Of a DNA stretch of 64,000 nucleotides, positions 10,262 through 20,711 are shown piece after piece. Position 1 is the stretch's first letter; each line of letters starts with the position of its first letter. A program made the translations under genes and the position numbers. Source of the stretch: an uncultured Candidatus Binatia bacterium (lineage in GTDB: Bacteria; Desulfobacterota; Binatia; UBA9968; CAXXLF01); NCBI GenBank assembly GCA_965218425.1, contig OZ244621.1:608001-672000 (forward strand), read 5' to 3'. Under the pieces are notes generated by a model, which did not search any database, had not been told where the DNA came from, and saw nothing but the letters and a program-made list of their open reading frames with translations.

Positions 10262-11413
10262 CTAGAGCAGCACCAGGTCATCGCGATGGATGATTTCGTC
10301 GTAGGCCTTATAGCCAAGCGTTTTTTCGATCCCTGAAGTGTGCATTCCCTTGATTTGGTTCAGCTCCGGGGCACTGTAGTTGACCAGCCCCCGGGCAAAC
10401 TCTCGTCCGTCGGTATCCAGGCAACGCACGCAATCCCCAACTCCAAAGGAGCCTCGAACCTCCCTCAATCCTGACGGAAGGAGACTCTTTCCCTTCTTGA
10501 CCAGAGCTTCATAGGCTCCATGGTCAACCACAATCTCCCCCAACGGTCGAAGGTTATGAGCGATCCAATGCTTGCGATTGGCAAGTCTACTCTCTTCCGG
10601 AAGAATCAGAGTGCCCACGTCTTCCTTGGCATTGAAGACTCGATGCAAGATTCCATCTTCCATACCGTTGGCAATGATGGTGGGGATACCAGATGACGCC
10701 GCCTTCTCCCCCGCCTCGATCTTTGAGGATATGCCTCCCGTCCCATAAGGGCCCCGGCCGCTGTCACCGGGCTTTTCCTTGAATTCCTTGAGATCGGAGA
10801 TTAAAGGGATCAACCGCGCCTTTGGATGATTGCGCGGGTCCTGATCATAAACGCCATTGACATCGCTCAACATCACCAACAAGTCAGCCTCCAGGAGGGT
10901 CGCCACTAAGGAAGACAAATGATCGTTATCGCCAAATTTCATTTCTTCAACGGCAACGGTGTCGTTTTCATTCACAATGGGTGTGATCTTTGACTCTAAG
11001 AGAGTGAACAGAGTATGTTTAGCGTTCAAATAGCGGTGACGATCGGACAAATCTTGGTGTGTGAGCAGGACCTGTGCAACGCTCTTGTTAAATTCAGAGA
11101 AAAGCCTCTCGTAGAGGGCCATGAGTTTGATCTGCCCCACCGCCGCCAGGGCCTGCTTGTGTGGGATCGTCTTGGGTCTCTCTCTCAAACCAAGGCGTGC
11201 CATGCCCGCCGCTACGGCTCCCGATGAGACCACCACCACCTCTTTTTTTTGATCGTGGAGGACCGCGAGATCCGACACCAGAACTCGAATTCTCTCCTCC
11301 TCCACTCCATTGAACGAAGAGAGTATCTGACTCCCGATCTTGATAACCACACGACGGGTCTTAGGCAAAAGGCGTTTCTTAAAGTCCTCTTGTGACACCG
11401 GTAGTACCCTCAA
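10262..11413 (-). CDS. proB: Glutamate 5-kinase with PUA domain
   Basis: VIKIGS, VSSGAVAAG, NENDTVA, FGDNDHLS, IHRDDLV. Confidence 0.98.
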   Translation of the reverse strand: MRVLPVSQEDFKKRLLPKTRRVVIKIGSQILSSFNGVEEERIRVLVSDLAVLHDQKKEVVVVSSGAVAAGMARLGLRERPKTIPHKQALAAVGQIKLMALYERLFSEFNKSVAQVLLTHQDLSDRHRYLNAKHTLFTLLESKITPIVNENDTVAVEEMKFGDNDHLSSLVATLLEADLLVMLSDVNGVYDQDPRNHPKARLIPLISDLKEFKEKPGDSGRGPYGTGGISSKIEAGEKAASSGIPTIIANGMEDGILHRVFNAKEDVGTLILPEESRLANRKHWIAHNLRPLGEIVVDHGAYEALVKKGKSLLPSGLREVRGSFGVGDCVRCLDTDGREFARGLVNYSAPELNQIKGMHTSGIEKTLGYKAYDEIIHRDDLVLL

Positions 11414-12410
11414 CCGATTTGTTTTGTTCCAGCTTGGTCCCGATCAATCCCTTGAGTTCGTCCAATCCCTCGTGGGTGGCCGCAGATATGGCACAAAAAG
11501 GAATTTTCCCTTCCAGAAGCTTGAGATTCTCCCTGGCCCCAGGCAAATCAATCTTGTTGACCACCACGAGCTGTGGCTTAAGAACCAGGTTAAGACCCGA
11601 CAGCTCCAGCTCGCGATTGACGGCAATATAGTCAGCCAGAGGATCTTCTTCCACAATGTTCGACCCATCCAACAAATGAATTAACAGGCTGGTACGGCTC
11701 ACATGCCGCAAAAACCTATCTCCAAGCCCCTCTCCTCGATGGGCGCCCTCGATGAGCCCAGGAATATCCGCAAGGACAAAACTGCCATCGTCGCCATAGG
11801 AAACCACCCCGAGGTTGGGCACGAGTGTCGTAAAAGGATAATCAGCAATCTTCGGTCGCGCGGCTGACACGGCAGCGATCAAAGTAGACTTCCCCACGTT
11901 GGGAAGCCCAACGATCCCCACATCAGCCAGGAGCCTAAGCTCCAGATGGAGTTCCTTCTCTTCTCCCGCAAGTCCCGGCTGAGCGCGACGTGGACTGCGG
12001 TTCGTAGATGAAACGAAATGCGCATTTCCTTTTCCCCCCAATCCTCCTGCCGCCACCACCACCCGATCCATCGGCGTCTCGAGGTCGGCCATGAACTCAC
12101 CCGTTTGTACGTTTCGAATGATGGTACCCACTGGAACGGCGACGGTCCTGTCCTCTCCGCTTTTTCCATGTTGATCTTTTCCCCTGCCGTGCTCACCCCT
12201 GTCGGCCCGATACAGCTTCTGAAAGCGTAAATCCAACAAGGTAGAGAGCTGAGGATTTGCCACAACACAAACGTCTCCTCCCTTCCCACCGTTGCCGCCG
12301 TTGGGTCCTCCCCGGGCTTCAAACTTCTCCCTTCGAAAACTCACACACCCGCGACCCCCATCACCAGCCCTCACTTTGATTTTTACCTCATCCACAAACT
12401 TCATAAGCAC
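11379..12410 (-). CDS. obgE: GTPase ObgE/CgtA
   Basis: FVDEVKI...GGPNGGNGG, GLPNVGKS, DYPFTTL, DIPG, NKID. Confidence 0.98.
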   Translation of the reverse strand: MLMKFVDEVKIKVRAGDGGRGCVSFRREKFEARGGPNGGNGGKGGDVCVVANPQLSTLLDLRFQKLYRADRGEHGRGKDQHGKSGEDRTVAVPVGTIIRNVQTGEFMADLETPMDRVVVAAGGLGGKGNAHFVSSTNRSPRRAQPGLAGEEKELHLELRLLADVGIVGLPNVGKSTLIAAVSAARPKIADYPFTTLVPNLGVVSYGDDGSFVLADIPGLIEGAHRGEGLGDRFLRHVSRTSLLIHLLDGSNIVEEDPLADYIAVNRELELSGLNLVLKPQLVVVNKIDLPGARENLKLLEGKIPFCAISAATHEGLDELKGLIGTKLEQNKSVEGTTGVTRGL

Positions 12411-12482
12411 ACGGGCCAGCTACATCCCGCAATCCATCTTCATTCTTCATTGCCTATCGTTCATCATTGCCCTTTCGTTGGC

Positions 12483-12509
12483 AAAAAAAAAGCCCCGAAC
12501 GGGGCTTTT
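12483..12509 (-). terminator. Intrinsic terminator between rpmA and obgE
   Basis: Minus strand reads AAAAGCCCC-GTTC-GGGGC followed by a long T run. Confidence 0.8.
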
Positions 12510-12527
12510 GGGCCAGGTGACGTAAAA

Positions 12528-12782
12528 CTAAGCCGGCACGACGCTCACCTTTTTTCTCTCTCTATCCAGCCTTTCATAAAGCACCGATCCGTCGATTTTA
12601 GCAAATAAGGTGTAATCTCGACCCATGCCGACATTTTTTCCCGGGTGAATACGCGTCCCTAACTGACGCACGATGATGTTGCCGGAACGAACCTGCTGGC
12701 CGCCGTATATCTTCACACCCCGTCTCTGTCCCTTGCTGTCCCTACCGTTTCGTGAACTTCCACCTGCTTTTTTATGAGCCAT
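12528..12782 (-). CDS. rpmA: 50S ribosomal protein L27
   Basis: [16 protein letters not shown]. Confidence 0.99.
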   Translation of the reverse strand: MAHKKAGGSSRNGRDSKGQRRGVKIYGGQQVRSGNIIVRQLGTRIHPGKNVGMGRDYTLFAKIDGSVLYERLDRERKKVSVVPA

Positions 12783-12793
12783 GAGCTTCGCCT

Positions 12794-13105
12794 CTACGCC
12801 TGAATATCTAGAATCTTCAACTTTGTTAACCTTTGCCTATGTCCTTGTTTGCGGCTGTAAGCCTTACGTCTCTTCTTTTTAAAAACGATTATCTTTTTAG
12901 CGAGTGTCTGTTCAACAATTTCCGCGGTAACTCTCACATCCGCCAAAACGGGAGTGCCAATCTTGACCTCTTCGTTTCCTCCAATCAAAAGCACTGGTTC
13001 CAGAACAACCTGCTCCCCCACCTCGCCGGTCAGCAACTCCACATCAACGGTGTCCCCCTGGGACACCCGATACTGCTTTCCACCTGTCTTTACCACCGCA
13101 TACAT
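12794..13105 (-). CDS. rplU: 50S ribosomal protein L21
   Basis: [14 protein letters not shown]...GHRQ. Confidence 0.99.
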   Translation of the reverse strand: MYAVVKTGGKQYRVSQGDTVDVELLTGEVGEQVVLEPVLLIGGNEEVKIGTPVLADVRVTAEIVEQTLAKKIIVFKKKRRKAYSRKQGHRQRLTKLKILDIQA

Positions 13106-13128
13106 GGTTCAACTCCCTTAAGTCGGCA

Positions 13129-13157
13129 TTTTTAATGGAAATTACCTTCAATGTCAA
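13129..13157 (-). promoter_or_regulatory. Probable sigma70 promoter of rplU-rpmA
   Basis: TTGACA, 17-nt spacer, TAAAAA on the minus strand just upstream of the rplU RBS. Confidence 0.55.
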
Positions 13158-13232
13158 CTAACGCGATAAAGGCCGGGCCATCTCAAAACAAGGATAATCA
13201 CCGCATCCTTGCGAAAAGGAAGCCTAAGTACC

Positions 13233-13745
13233 TTAAACCCTTGTAATTAAAGGATTCCGGCAGCTGGTGGCGTTTTGAGAATGAAACAAGCCGTACCAGT
13301 AAAGGCCAAGGGTCGGGGTCGACAGCACAAGAGCCAGGAGAAAGCTGCCGAATAGATCCCTTCCGCTGCCGTTGAATTGGAATTCTTCGTTGCCGAAATA
13401 GGAACGGGACGTCATGAGCAGGTACTTCTTCGTTGTAAAAAAAGATAGTATAGGCCTAGGGTGACCGTGGAAAGGAGCGATCCGCCCATAAAGACCTTGA
13501 AGAAATCCCACACCCGTCCGCGGAACGAGAAGCGGGTTCCCCGCCAGGAGGTTCGACTCATACGGTAGCGACGGGAGGCCACGGTGACGAAAGGAATTAG
13601 AAAGATGAGGAAGTATACCACCAACCCCGTGGAGACCTTGATCAGCTCCCCTACGTCAAGAACATCGAGAACCACGGTCAATAGGGTCAGGAGGGCCAGG
13701 GGGATCCCGAACACGACCATGGCCTTAAGGAAACCGAAGCGGGCT
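13233..13745 (-). pseudogene. DUF898/YjgN-family membrane protein remnant (frameshifted, N-terminus missing)
   Basis: RRYRMSRTSWRGTRFSFRG...TLGLYY in one frame continues as FFTTKK...SYFGNEEFQFNGSG...TLGLYW in another; the shift is next to the A-run at 13437-13443. Confidence 0.75.
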
Positions 13746-13787
13746 TGCTTCAGGCCACATATTTGTCCAAAGACATCCAGGAGAAAA

Positions 13788-15074
13788 TCAGGAATTCTCC
13801 GACAGGGGGCTTGCTTTCCGAGCACCCACCAGAGCCAAAAGCACCATCCCCGCAAGGTATGAGGCACCGGCCAGGTAAAATGCCGGGGTGAAACCATACC
13901 GATCCAAGACAAACCCAGACAAGAGGGTCCAGAAAGGACCAGACATGAAACCGATAAAGTAGTAGAGAGAGAATGCCGCATCAGCGATATCGTCGGTGGC
14001 AAAATCACCAATCATGGCCTGGGTCAAGGTGCCCCTTGCCTGGACAAAGGTCCCGTAGAGCAGGAGATTTATGAAAAGTAAGAGGCCCATTGAGGTTTGG
14101 TGGGCGAGCCAGAAGGTACAGACTGCCGACAGCAGCAACGTGCTCTGAACCACCAGCGCCCTTCGTCCCACCCGGTCGGAAATCCAAGCCACGGCCAACG
14201 GACCCGCTACTCCAGCCGCTTCAAGAACCATAAGCAAAAAACCCGCTTGCGAAACGGTGAGATGGAATCTCTCCATAAAGTACGGGACGAGATAGGCCGT
14301 GTTAAATCCCGTGCCACGACCAGCCGCTCCCACCATCAAGATCAAAGATGTAAAAACGATATTACGATTTTTGAGGCACTGCCAATAGGCATCCAAACCA
14401 GCTTGCGCGGCCTTCTTCTTGCCCATTCTCGCGCTGCTCGGCACCCGATCGCGCAGCAAAAAGTAGCACACACCCATCAGGATGCTCGGAACTCCAAGGA
14501 TGAGAAAGACCTGCCTCCATCCCATAACGAGAAGTAGCGAGGCGGCAACGGCGGGGGCAAGAAAAGAACCGATATTGCCGGCGGTATGATGAAGCATCAA
14601 AGCCCGGCCGCGAGCCTTGGGAAAATAGCCTGACAAAATGCTGGCCCCCATGGGATTTTGCGCGCTTGCGCCAAGGCTGGAAAAAACACGGGCCCCCAAT
14701 AGCTGGCCATAGTTGCCAAGAAAGGCATGAACAATCACCGACACACCCAGGATCGTGTTTCCTACCCCGAGAATCACTGCTCGCTTCATGAAGGCCGCCA
14801 GAAAACCATAAATCACCTGAAGGCCCTGAGCGGCGAAGTGGTGCGCCGCGGAAAGGATTCCGAGCTGAAGATAACCAAAGCCAAGCTCCTTCATCATGGC
14901 GGGGAAAAGCACCGATGTAACACCTGACTGGATGTGATTAAGTGTATGGGAAGAACAGACAAGCCCCAGGACAAAGGATTTCTGCGCCTGGCTCACTTCA
15001 TCAGCTTGGGCTCCAGTAGCAGCGGATGAAACCGCCGCTTCCGAAGCTCCTACCGTTACTTCGTTTTGAGCCAT
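13788..15074 (-). CDS. MFS transporter
   Basis: 428 aa with many TM-like segments; WISDRVGRR motif. Confidence 0.9.
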   Translation of the reverse strand: MAQNEVTVGASEAAVSSAATGAQADEVSQAQKSFVLGLVCSSHTLNHIQSGVTSVLFPAMMKELGFGYLQLGILSAAHHFAAQGLQVIYGFLAAFMKRAVILGVGNTILGVSVIVHAFLGNYGQLLGARVFSSLGASAQNPMGASILSGYFPKARGRALMLHHTAGNIGSFLAPAVAASLLLVMGWRQVFLILGVPSILMGVCYFLLRDRVPSSARMGKKKAAQAGLDAYWQCLKNRNIVFTSLILMVGAAGRGTGFNTAYLVPYFMERFHLTVSQAGFLLMVLEAAGVAGPLAVAWISDRVGRRALVVQSTLLLSAVCTFWLAHQTSMGLLLFINLLLYGTFVQARGTLTQAMIGDFATDDIADAAFSLYYFIGFMSGPFWTLLSGFVLDRYGFTPAFYLAGASYLAGMVLLALVGARKASPLSENS

Positions 15075-15201
15075 GGGGTGCTTTGATTCCCCCGAAACCT
15101 ACTTCGGCTTAGATACTTTGATTTATGGTAAATTTGGAATGAGACAAACAATACAAACAGGAGGATTCATCATCTTCGTACAACCACTCACCGCTCTCCC
15201 C

Positions 15202-15696
15202 CTAAAGCGGTGTCAACCAATTCTCAAGGGCGCCGGGAGCCCACTGCATTCCCAGATAGTATTCGAAAAGGCCCCAAAGCAACCCCGCTGTGCCTGCGGT
15301 CATCGCCAGGGAAAAGACCCAACTCTCCCGCGCCTCGACTTTTGTGTATAAGAAAACAAAGAGAGAAACTGAGTATGCAAAACCCAAAAGCCACACTCCT
15401 AGCGCAATGCCGGCCATCCAACCGAAAAATCCAAGAGTACGAACTATCTCCAACCTGGGCGGAACTGTACGCTCGTAGACCTCGTCCACCTGGGTCCCCT
15501 GTCCCCGGCTAGAATCCTTTTCCAACCATCCGGTGGAGTCCCGCCAGAACTGGACCAGGGACAAGGCCAGTCCCGGGAACCCTATGGACCATGGAAACAG
15601 ACTTGCCTGGAGGAGCCAATCCCGGGACAAAATAATCGTCCCAGCGAAGAAAATCACGAACGACAGGCTCACCAAATTCTCCGGCTTGAAGCTCAT
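15202..15696 (-). CDS. Tripartite tricarboxylate transporter TctB family
   Basis: Small 4-5 TM protein whose start overlaps the tctA stop. Confidence 0.8.
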   Translation of the reverse strand: MSFKPENLVSLSFVIFFAGTIILSRDWLLQASLFPWSIGFPGLALSLVQFWRDSTGWLEKDSSRGQGTQVDEVYERTVPPRLEIVRTLGFFGWMAGIALGVWLLGFAYSVSLFVFLYTKVEARESWVFSLAMTAGTAGLLWGLFEYYLGMQWAPGALENWLTPL

Positions 15697-17177
15697 GATT
15701 CTTCCGACTCTCCCCCTGACCTGCGAGCTCGAAGAGAAACGATCAGTCCCACTACGATGAGAGGTAACAGGATCATAACCCCGGGGCGCACTAGGAATCC
15801 CGCCCCATAGGCTGCTACTGATATAAACAGGTACTTCTCCATGAGCCTCCCCAGCACTGCTCCCAGGACCAACGGCGGCCTCGGATAGCCATAACGCTTC
15901 ATGATGACACCGATCACGCCGAATAAGCAGAGGAGGATCACATCCATCATGTCCCGAGTTGCCATATAGGCGCCCAGGAAGCTAGCGCCCAGGATGATGG
16001 GTACCAGGACCGAATATCGCAACGAGGCTATCTTCGACAACTGGGGGATAAAGGCAAGACAAATCACACCGCCTATCAGGGAAGAAAAGGTCATCACCCA
16101 TAGCATATAGAAGACGAGGTCCATCCTGTTCTCCAACAGGCTGGGACCCGGAGTGATCCCCATGATAATAAGGGCGAGCATGAAAAGGGCATTGGTGGTG
16201 CTCCCTGGTACGCCAAAGGCAAGGGTGGGAATCAACTCTCCACCATCTTTGGAGCTGTTTGTCGTATCTGGAGCAATGACCCCGCGGACGTCCCCTTGAC
16301 CGAAGTTCGTTTTCCCCTTGCTGGTCTGCACCGCATGGGCATAGGCGAGCCAATCAGCCACCTGAGAACCCAAACCGGGGGTCGCGCCGATGATGACCCC
16401 GAGGACACTGCAACGCAGGACCAGCCACCAATTGTGAAGGGTGTCTTTGATTCCCTGAAGCATACCAGTCCCCAAGGGAGCGCTGTGTTGCTCCACGCCC
16501 ATCCTGCGAACCGCAAGATCCAGGCAGGCGGGCACAGCGAAAACACCCAAAGCGATAATCGTCAGGGGGATTCCATCAATGAGGTAGGGCAGCCCCAGCA
16601 TGAATCTGGGGACTCCAACGTTCAAATCCATTCCGACCATGGTAACGCTTAGACCAAAGGCGGCCGAAATCAATCCCTTGATGGGTTGTGGTCCGGCCAA
16701 CAGTGAGACCGTACTGATCCCCCAAATAACGAGAACCAGGAGTTCCGGGGCACCGATCAAAAGGATCAGGGGTCTCAACAGCGGGATGGTAATGCCCATC
16801 ACCACGATGCCAAAGAGACCACCCAGAATGCTCGCGCTGAAACCCGCGGCCAGGGCCCGTTTAGCCTCCCCCTTCTGCCCCATAGGGTATCCGTCCAAGA
16901 TGATGGCCTGTGCCCCTGCCCCGCCGGGTATGGAGAAAAGAACGGGAAGGAAGGTATTTCCCGTGTTGGTTACCGTGTCCATTCCCAGCAATAGGGCAAT
17001 GGCAATATAAGGATCGAACTGGACTACGATGGGAATGAGCAGCGAATAGGCCAGCGGCAGCCCCAGACCTTGAGGGGTCACGGCGATAAAGGTGCCTATA
17101 CCGATTCCCACGAGCATGGCACCGAAGAGCGTCGGTTGTAGGACTGTTAGCGGTCCCTGAAGGAATGCTTCCAACAT
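15693..17177 (-). CDS. Tripartite tricarboxylate transporter permease TctA
   Basis: DGYPMGQKG, FGQGDVRGVIAP, PTLAFGVPGS, YPRPPLVLG. Confidence 0.92.
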   Translation of the reverse strand: MLEAFLQGPLTVLQPTLFGAMLVGIGIGTFIAVTPQGLGLPLAYSLLIPIVVQFDPYIAIALLLGMDTVTNTGNTFLPVLFSIPGGAGAQAIILDGYPMGQKGEAKRALAAGFSASILGGLFGIVVMGITIPLLRPLILLIGAPELLVLVIWGISTVSLLAGPQPIKGLISAAFGLSVTMVGMDLNVGVPRFMLGLPYLIDGIPLTIIALGVFAVPACLDLAVRRMGVEQHSAPLGTGMLQGIKDTLHNWWLVLRCSVLGVIIGATPGLGSQVADWLAYAHAVQTSKGKTNFGQGDVRGVIAPDTTNSSKDGGELIPTLAFGVPGSTTNALFMLALIIMGITPGPSLLENRMDLVFYMLWVMTFSSLIGGVICLAFIPQLSKIASLRYSVLVPIILGASFLGAYMATRDMMDVILLCLFGVIGVIMKRYGYPRPPLVLGAVLGRLMEKYLFISVAAYGAGFLVRPGVMILLPLIVVGLIVSLRARRSGGESEES

Positions 17178-17228
17178 CGGAAAGCAAACTACTCCTTTTT
17201 AGACATATCTCCCTCAGGGGTAGTCTAG

Positions 17229-18308
17229 TTATCGGGACGGGAGCGGCCCCGCTCCTGCTAACTTTTTGTATAACCCCAGCATTTCCGAACTTCTGGGAAT
17301 ACTCCTTACCGCCTCTGCTTGCTCTTGCGGCAATAAGGGATGGTATTCCTCCCCGGTCAGTTGGACCCAAGCCTTTTGCGTTGCGGGATCCTGAAACACC
17401 TTGCGAAAGGCCTGTTTAAGGATCTCTATGCGTTCCTTCGGCACTCCCGGAGGAGCGATATAAGGAGACCCCACCAGCCTGAAGTTGGTCTGCATCTTCA
17501 ATATCAACCTCTCCTGTTTCGTCCTGGTAAAGCTCCTCAGTGTCGGGGGCTTCACAAAAGCCGGATGAGGACTCAAACGAAATCCTTCCGGGATCTCCAT
17601 GACCGAATGAAGGTTCGCCTTCTTTTTCAGAACCCAATCCGGGCTCCGGCGCATCATACTGGCGGGGTTGTTTACGCGGCCGTCCACCTCACCCCGGGTT
17701 ACGGCAAGATCCAACTCCGGCCCGGAGTACCCGGAAACGAATGTAACGTCCTTCAAACCTATAATCCATGAAAAAAGCCGCGCTAAAGTATAGATCTCAT
17801 GGCCCACGGACAAGGTCCCGATCTTTACGGAACCTGACCGTAGCTTCTCTATGGTATCAAAGCCCGCAACGCTCCGGGTGACAAAGACGTAGGTGGTGTT
17901 GCTATTGCCCGAACCGAGAAAGTTAAACTTATCGACGTCATACCTTACCCCGGCCGCCCCCGTTATCCCGTTTGAGACAAAACCTGAGCCGATATTGGCG
18001 AGGGTCAAGCCGTCCCGCCTTGCCTTTAGAAAAAGGTGATTGGCGGCCTTTCTACCGCCGGCACCAGGCATATATTGCGTGACGATGGTGGGATTGCCCG
18101 GTATGTGTTTCGAGAGCCTCGTCATGGCAGCCCGCGTCCGAATGTCTCCCAAGCCACCCGGACGACGCCCTTGAATGATCAAAAGGGTTTTGCCTTTATA
18201 AAAGGAACTTTGAGAAAAGGCGAAATCATCGGCCCAAAAGACTGTTGTCAACAACATGAATAGAACGACCCAGAACCCAGGCCTGAGCACTATTCGCATA
18301 CAATTCAT
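17229..18308 (-). CDS. TctC/Bug-family substrate-binding protein
   Basis: Signal peptide, FYKGKT, PGG..D, MPGAGG, APPGVP. Confidence 0.88.
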   Translation of the reverse strand: MNCMRIVLRPGFWVVLFMLLTTVFWADDFAFSQSSFYKGKTLLIIQGRRPGGLGDIRTRAAMTRLSKHIPGNPTIVTQYMPGAGGRKAANHLFLKARRDGLTLANIGSGFVSNGITGAAGVRYDVDKFNFLGSGNSNTTYVFVTRSVAGFDTIEKLRSGSVKIGTLSVGHEIYTLARLFSWIIGLKDVTFVSGYSGPELDLAVTRGEVDGRVNNPASMMRRSPDWVLKKKANLHSVMEIPEGFRLSPHPAFVKPPTLRSFTRTKQERLILKMQTNFRLVGSPYIAPPGVPKERIEILKQAFRKVFQDPATQKAWVQLTGEEYHPLLPQEQAEAVRSIPRSSEMLGLYKKLAGAGPLPSR

Positions 18309-18794
18309 ACGTACCTCCTAATAATCGTGTTACTCTATCAATTCAAATTCCCTGAAAGAACACAGACTTCTAACCGAAAGGCGGTCTTAAGTCAATCTGA
18401 ATTGGCCTGTCCGTGAAAAATGTGATGCGAGATGTTTCCTTGACCGTATCGACTGAGGCGCGTGAAGTTTACATATTCCCTGTTTCTGTTATTTTGGGCT
18501 TCGGCGACTTCCTTCCCCTTGATCTTCCTCGGGCGAGCAACCCCCTACGAGAGCCTCAGGGCCGTGGGCCCGTCGAATCGGTCGAACCACGCCCCACGGG
18601 ACTCCCGCAGCGACCCACCGGGCCTGCGCTCGTATGAACCTCCAGAGCTTCAAGGCTCCTCGTGGAGCGAGCCTCCGGCCGCAGGCAATGCCGGTAAATA
18701 TCCGAAGCTGAACGTTCGATACCCATGGCCTTACGTCTCGCTCCCCAGCGTCGCCTTGCGGTTTTGAAGCGCAAGGGGCCTGGACAGAAGAGAG

Positions 18795-18967
18795 GGAGAC
18801 GTCCGGTACTGGAGGTTCAAGCCGTATTGGCACGTCGGATAAAATTAAGGGGCCTCGTGGCCGAGGTCCATCGGCTCCCGCTGAGGGGCACGTCCCCAAT
18901 CCCTACCTCGCACGGGTAAATGAGCGTTCTCGCCGAGGAACCGCTGAAGCGAAGGCAAGGCATCTCC
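18795..18967 (-). ncRNA. Candidate 6S RNA
   Basis: ~173-nt non-coding segment right after recJ. The ends pair (GGAGATG/CGTCTCC) and a rod with an AT-rich central bubble can be drawn by eye. 3' arm CCTTAA..CGACG..CTTGAACC resembles the E. coli 6S 3' arm as I recall it. Confidence 0.5.
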
Positions 18968-18979
18968 TGTAAAGGAAGA

Positions 18980-20707
18980 CTATGGCTGGACTGTATCCGA
19001 TAGACGGGCGTCAACGATTCTTAGCTGTGCCGTAGAGGTTCCGTTCCACTCGTTTTCGCCCAAGCTGTAAACCACATCAATCACGGCGCCCTGTTGACCG
19101 GGAAAGTCATCCTTAGGCCCAAAGATGACGGCATTTATCCACTGGTTTCCTTGTCGTAGACGGAAACGCGCCCCACCGTTGAAATCTCTTCGCTCTGAGA
19201 CCTCCACGCCATGGGTCAGGAAAGTGGGCTCGGGATTGCCAATCCCAAAAGGCTGAAGGAGTTGGAGCTGTCGCGCCATTGGCAGGCCAACTTCATGGAA
19301 CTCCACCTTAGCATCCACCTCAAGATAAGGGATCAGATCTTCCGAGGTGAGGCATGTCCGGGCAACCTCTTCAAACCGCTGGGAAAATAGCGGCAACTTT
19401 TCTTGTTTAATGCTGAGGCCCCCGGCGTATTCGTGACCACCAAATTTTTCCAGGAGATCGGCGCAGCGGCGCAGGCCCTCTACCATGTGAAAACCACGAA
19501 TGCTGCGGGCGGATGCTTTCCCCTCTCCATGGCTAAAGCCAACGACCACGGTGGGTCGGTGATACCTTGCAACAATTCGAGAGGCCACAATCCCCAGCAC
19601 ACCAGGATGCCAACCCTCGGACCCCAAGACGATGGAACAGCGATCTCCCTGGTTTGGATCCGTCTCGACTTTCTCCAAGGCTTCCGCCAGTACGCGAGCC
19701 TCCATTTCCTGCCTCTCCCGATTGTTTCCATCCAGTTCTTGTGCTATTCGATTCGCTTCCTCCTCCGACTCGGTGGTTAGCATCTCAACCACCTTAAGCC
19801 CGGCGTCCATTCGACCCGCCGCATTGATCCTGGGACCAAGCCGGAACCCCACCTGCCCCGCACTCACAGCGCCTGCTGGAATACCGGCCACCTGCCTCAA
19901 CGCAACGATGCCGGGACGAGTAGAGGTCGCAAGCTCTAGCAGTCCTCGGCGAACCAGGACACGGTTGACACCCCTTAATGGAACCATATCCGCAATTGTG
20001 CCCAGGGAGATCACGTCCAGATGGCGGCGAATATCAGGCGCGCCTACGCCGCTAAACCACTGGATGTCGCGTAGCTTCGCTCTGAGTCCTATGATCAAGT
20101 AAAACGCAAGTCCGGCACCGCACAGGCCTTTGTCAGGAAACAGGCAGTCAGCCCGGTGAGGATTCAAAACCGCTACCGCTGGAGGGAGGGCCGACGGAGG
20201 TTCATGGTGGTCAACGATCACCACGTCCAACCCAAGGCCCTGGGCGTATTCCACTTCATGGTAATTTGAGATTCCGCAGTCCACGGAAACGACCAGTGTG
20301 ACCCCCTTTTCTCGCAGCCGCTTCAATCCCTGGGCGTTCATCCCGTAGCCCTCATCGATTCGATGGGGGACATAGAACATGGGACTACCACCGATTTCCC
20401 TTAGGAAAGATACCAATGCCGACGTCCCCGTGGTCCCATCCACATCGTAGTCACCCCAGACACAGATGAGCTCTCTACCCTCAAGGGCGCTAACCAAGCG
20501 TGCAACGGCCCGATCCATATCGGCTATCAAAAAGGGAGACGGGAGATCTGTGCTTAGACTGGAGGCAAGAAAAGGTTTGGCCTCGTCGGCCTCATGGAAT
20601 CCGCGATGGGCCAAAATGCGAGCCAGAAGTGGCGGGACTTTTAACCCATGAGATAAACTGGAGACGACCTTTTCATCGGTATCCAGCAAGATCCAGCGCT
20701 TTTGCAT
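18980..20707 (-). CDS. recJ: ssDNA-specific exonuclease RecJ
   Basis: GDYDVDG, VDCG, VDHH, GTIADMVPL, PRINAAGR, FGGH. Confidence 0.98.
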   Translation of the reverse strand: MQKRWILLDTDEKVVSSLSHGLKVPPLLARILAHRGFHEADEAKPFLASSLSTDLPSPFLIADMDRAVARLVSALEGRELICVWGDYDVDGTTGTSALVSFLREIGGSPMFYVPHRIDEGYGMNAQGLKRLREKGVTLVVSVDCGISNYHEVEYAQGLGLDVVIVDHHEPPSALPPAVAVLNPHRADCLFPDKGLCGAGLAFYLIIGLRAKLRDIQWFSGVGAPDIRRHLDVISLGTIADMVPLRGVNRVLVRRGLLELATSTRPGIVALRQVAGIPAGAVSAGQVGFRLGPRINAAGRMDAGLKVVEMLTTESEEEANRIAQELDGNNRERQEMEARVLAEALEKVETDPNQGDRCSIVLGSEGWHPGVLGIVASRIVARYHRPTVVVGFSHGEGKASARSIRGFHMVEGLRRCADLLEKFGGHEYAGGLSIKQEKLPLFSQRFEEVARTCLTSEDLIPYLEVDAKVEFHEVGLPMARQLQLLQPFGIGNPEPTFLTHGVEVSERRDFNGGARFRLRQGNQWINAVIFGPKDDFPGQQGAVIDVVYSLGENEWNGTSTAQLRIVDARLSDTVQP

Positions 20708-20711
20708 AGGC

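Noticed and set aside
18413..19014. Several overlapping short ORFs between tctC and recJ
   Set aside because: Pro/Arg-rich with no motifs; more consistent with non-coding structured DNA.
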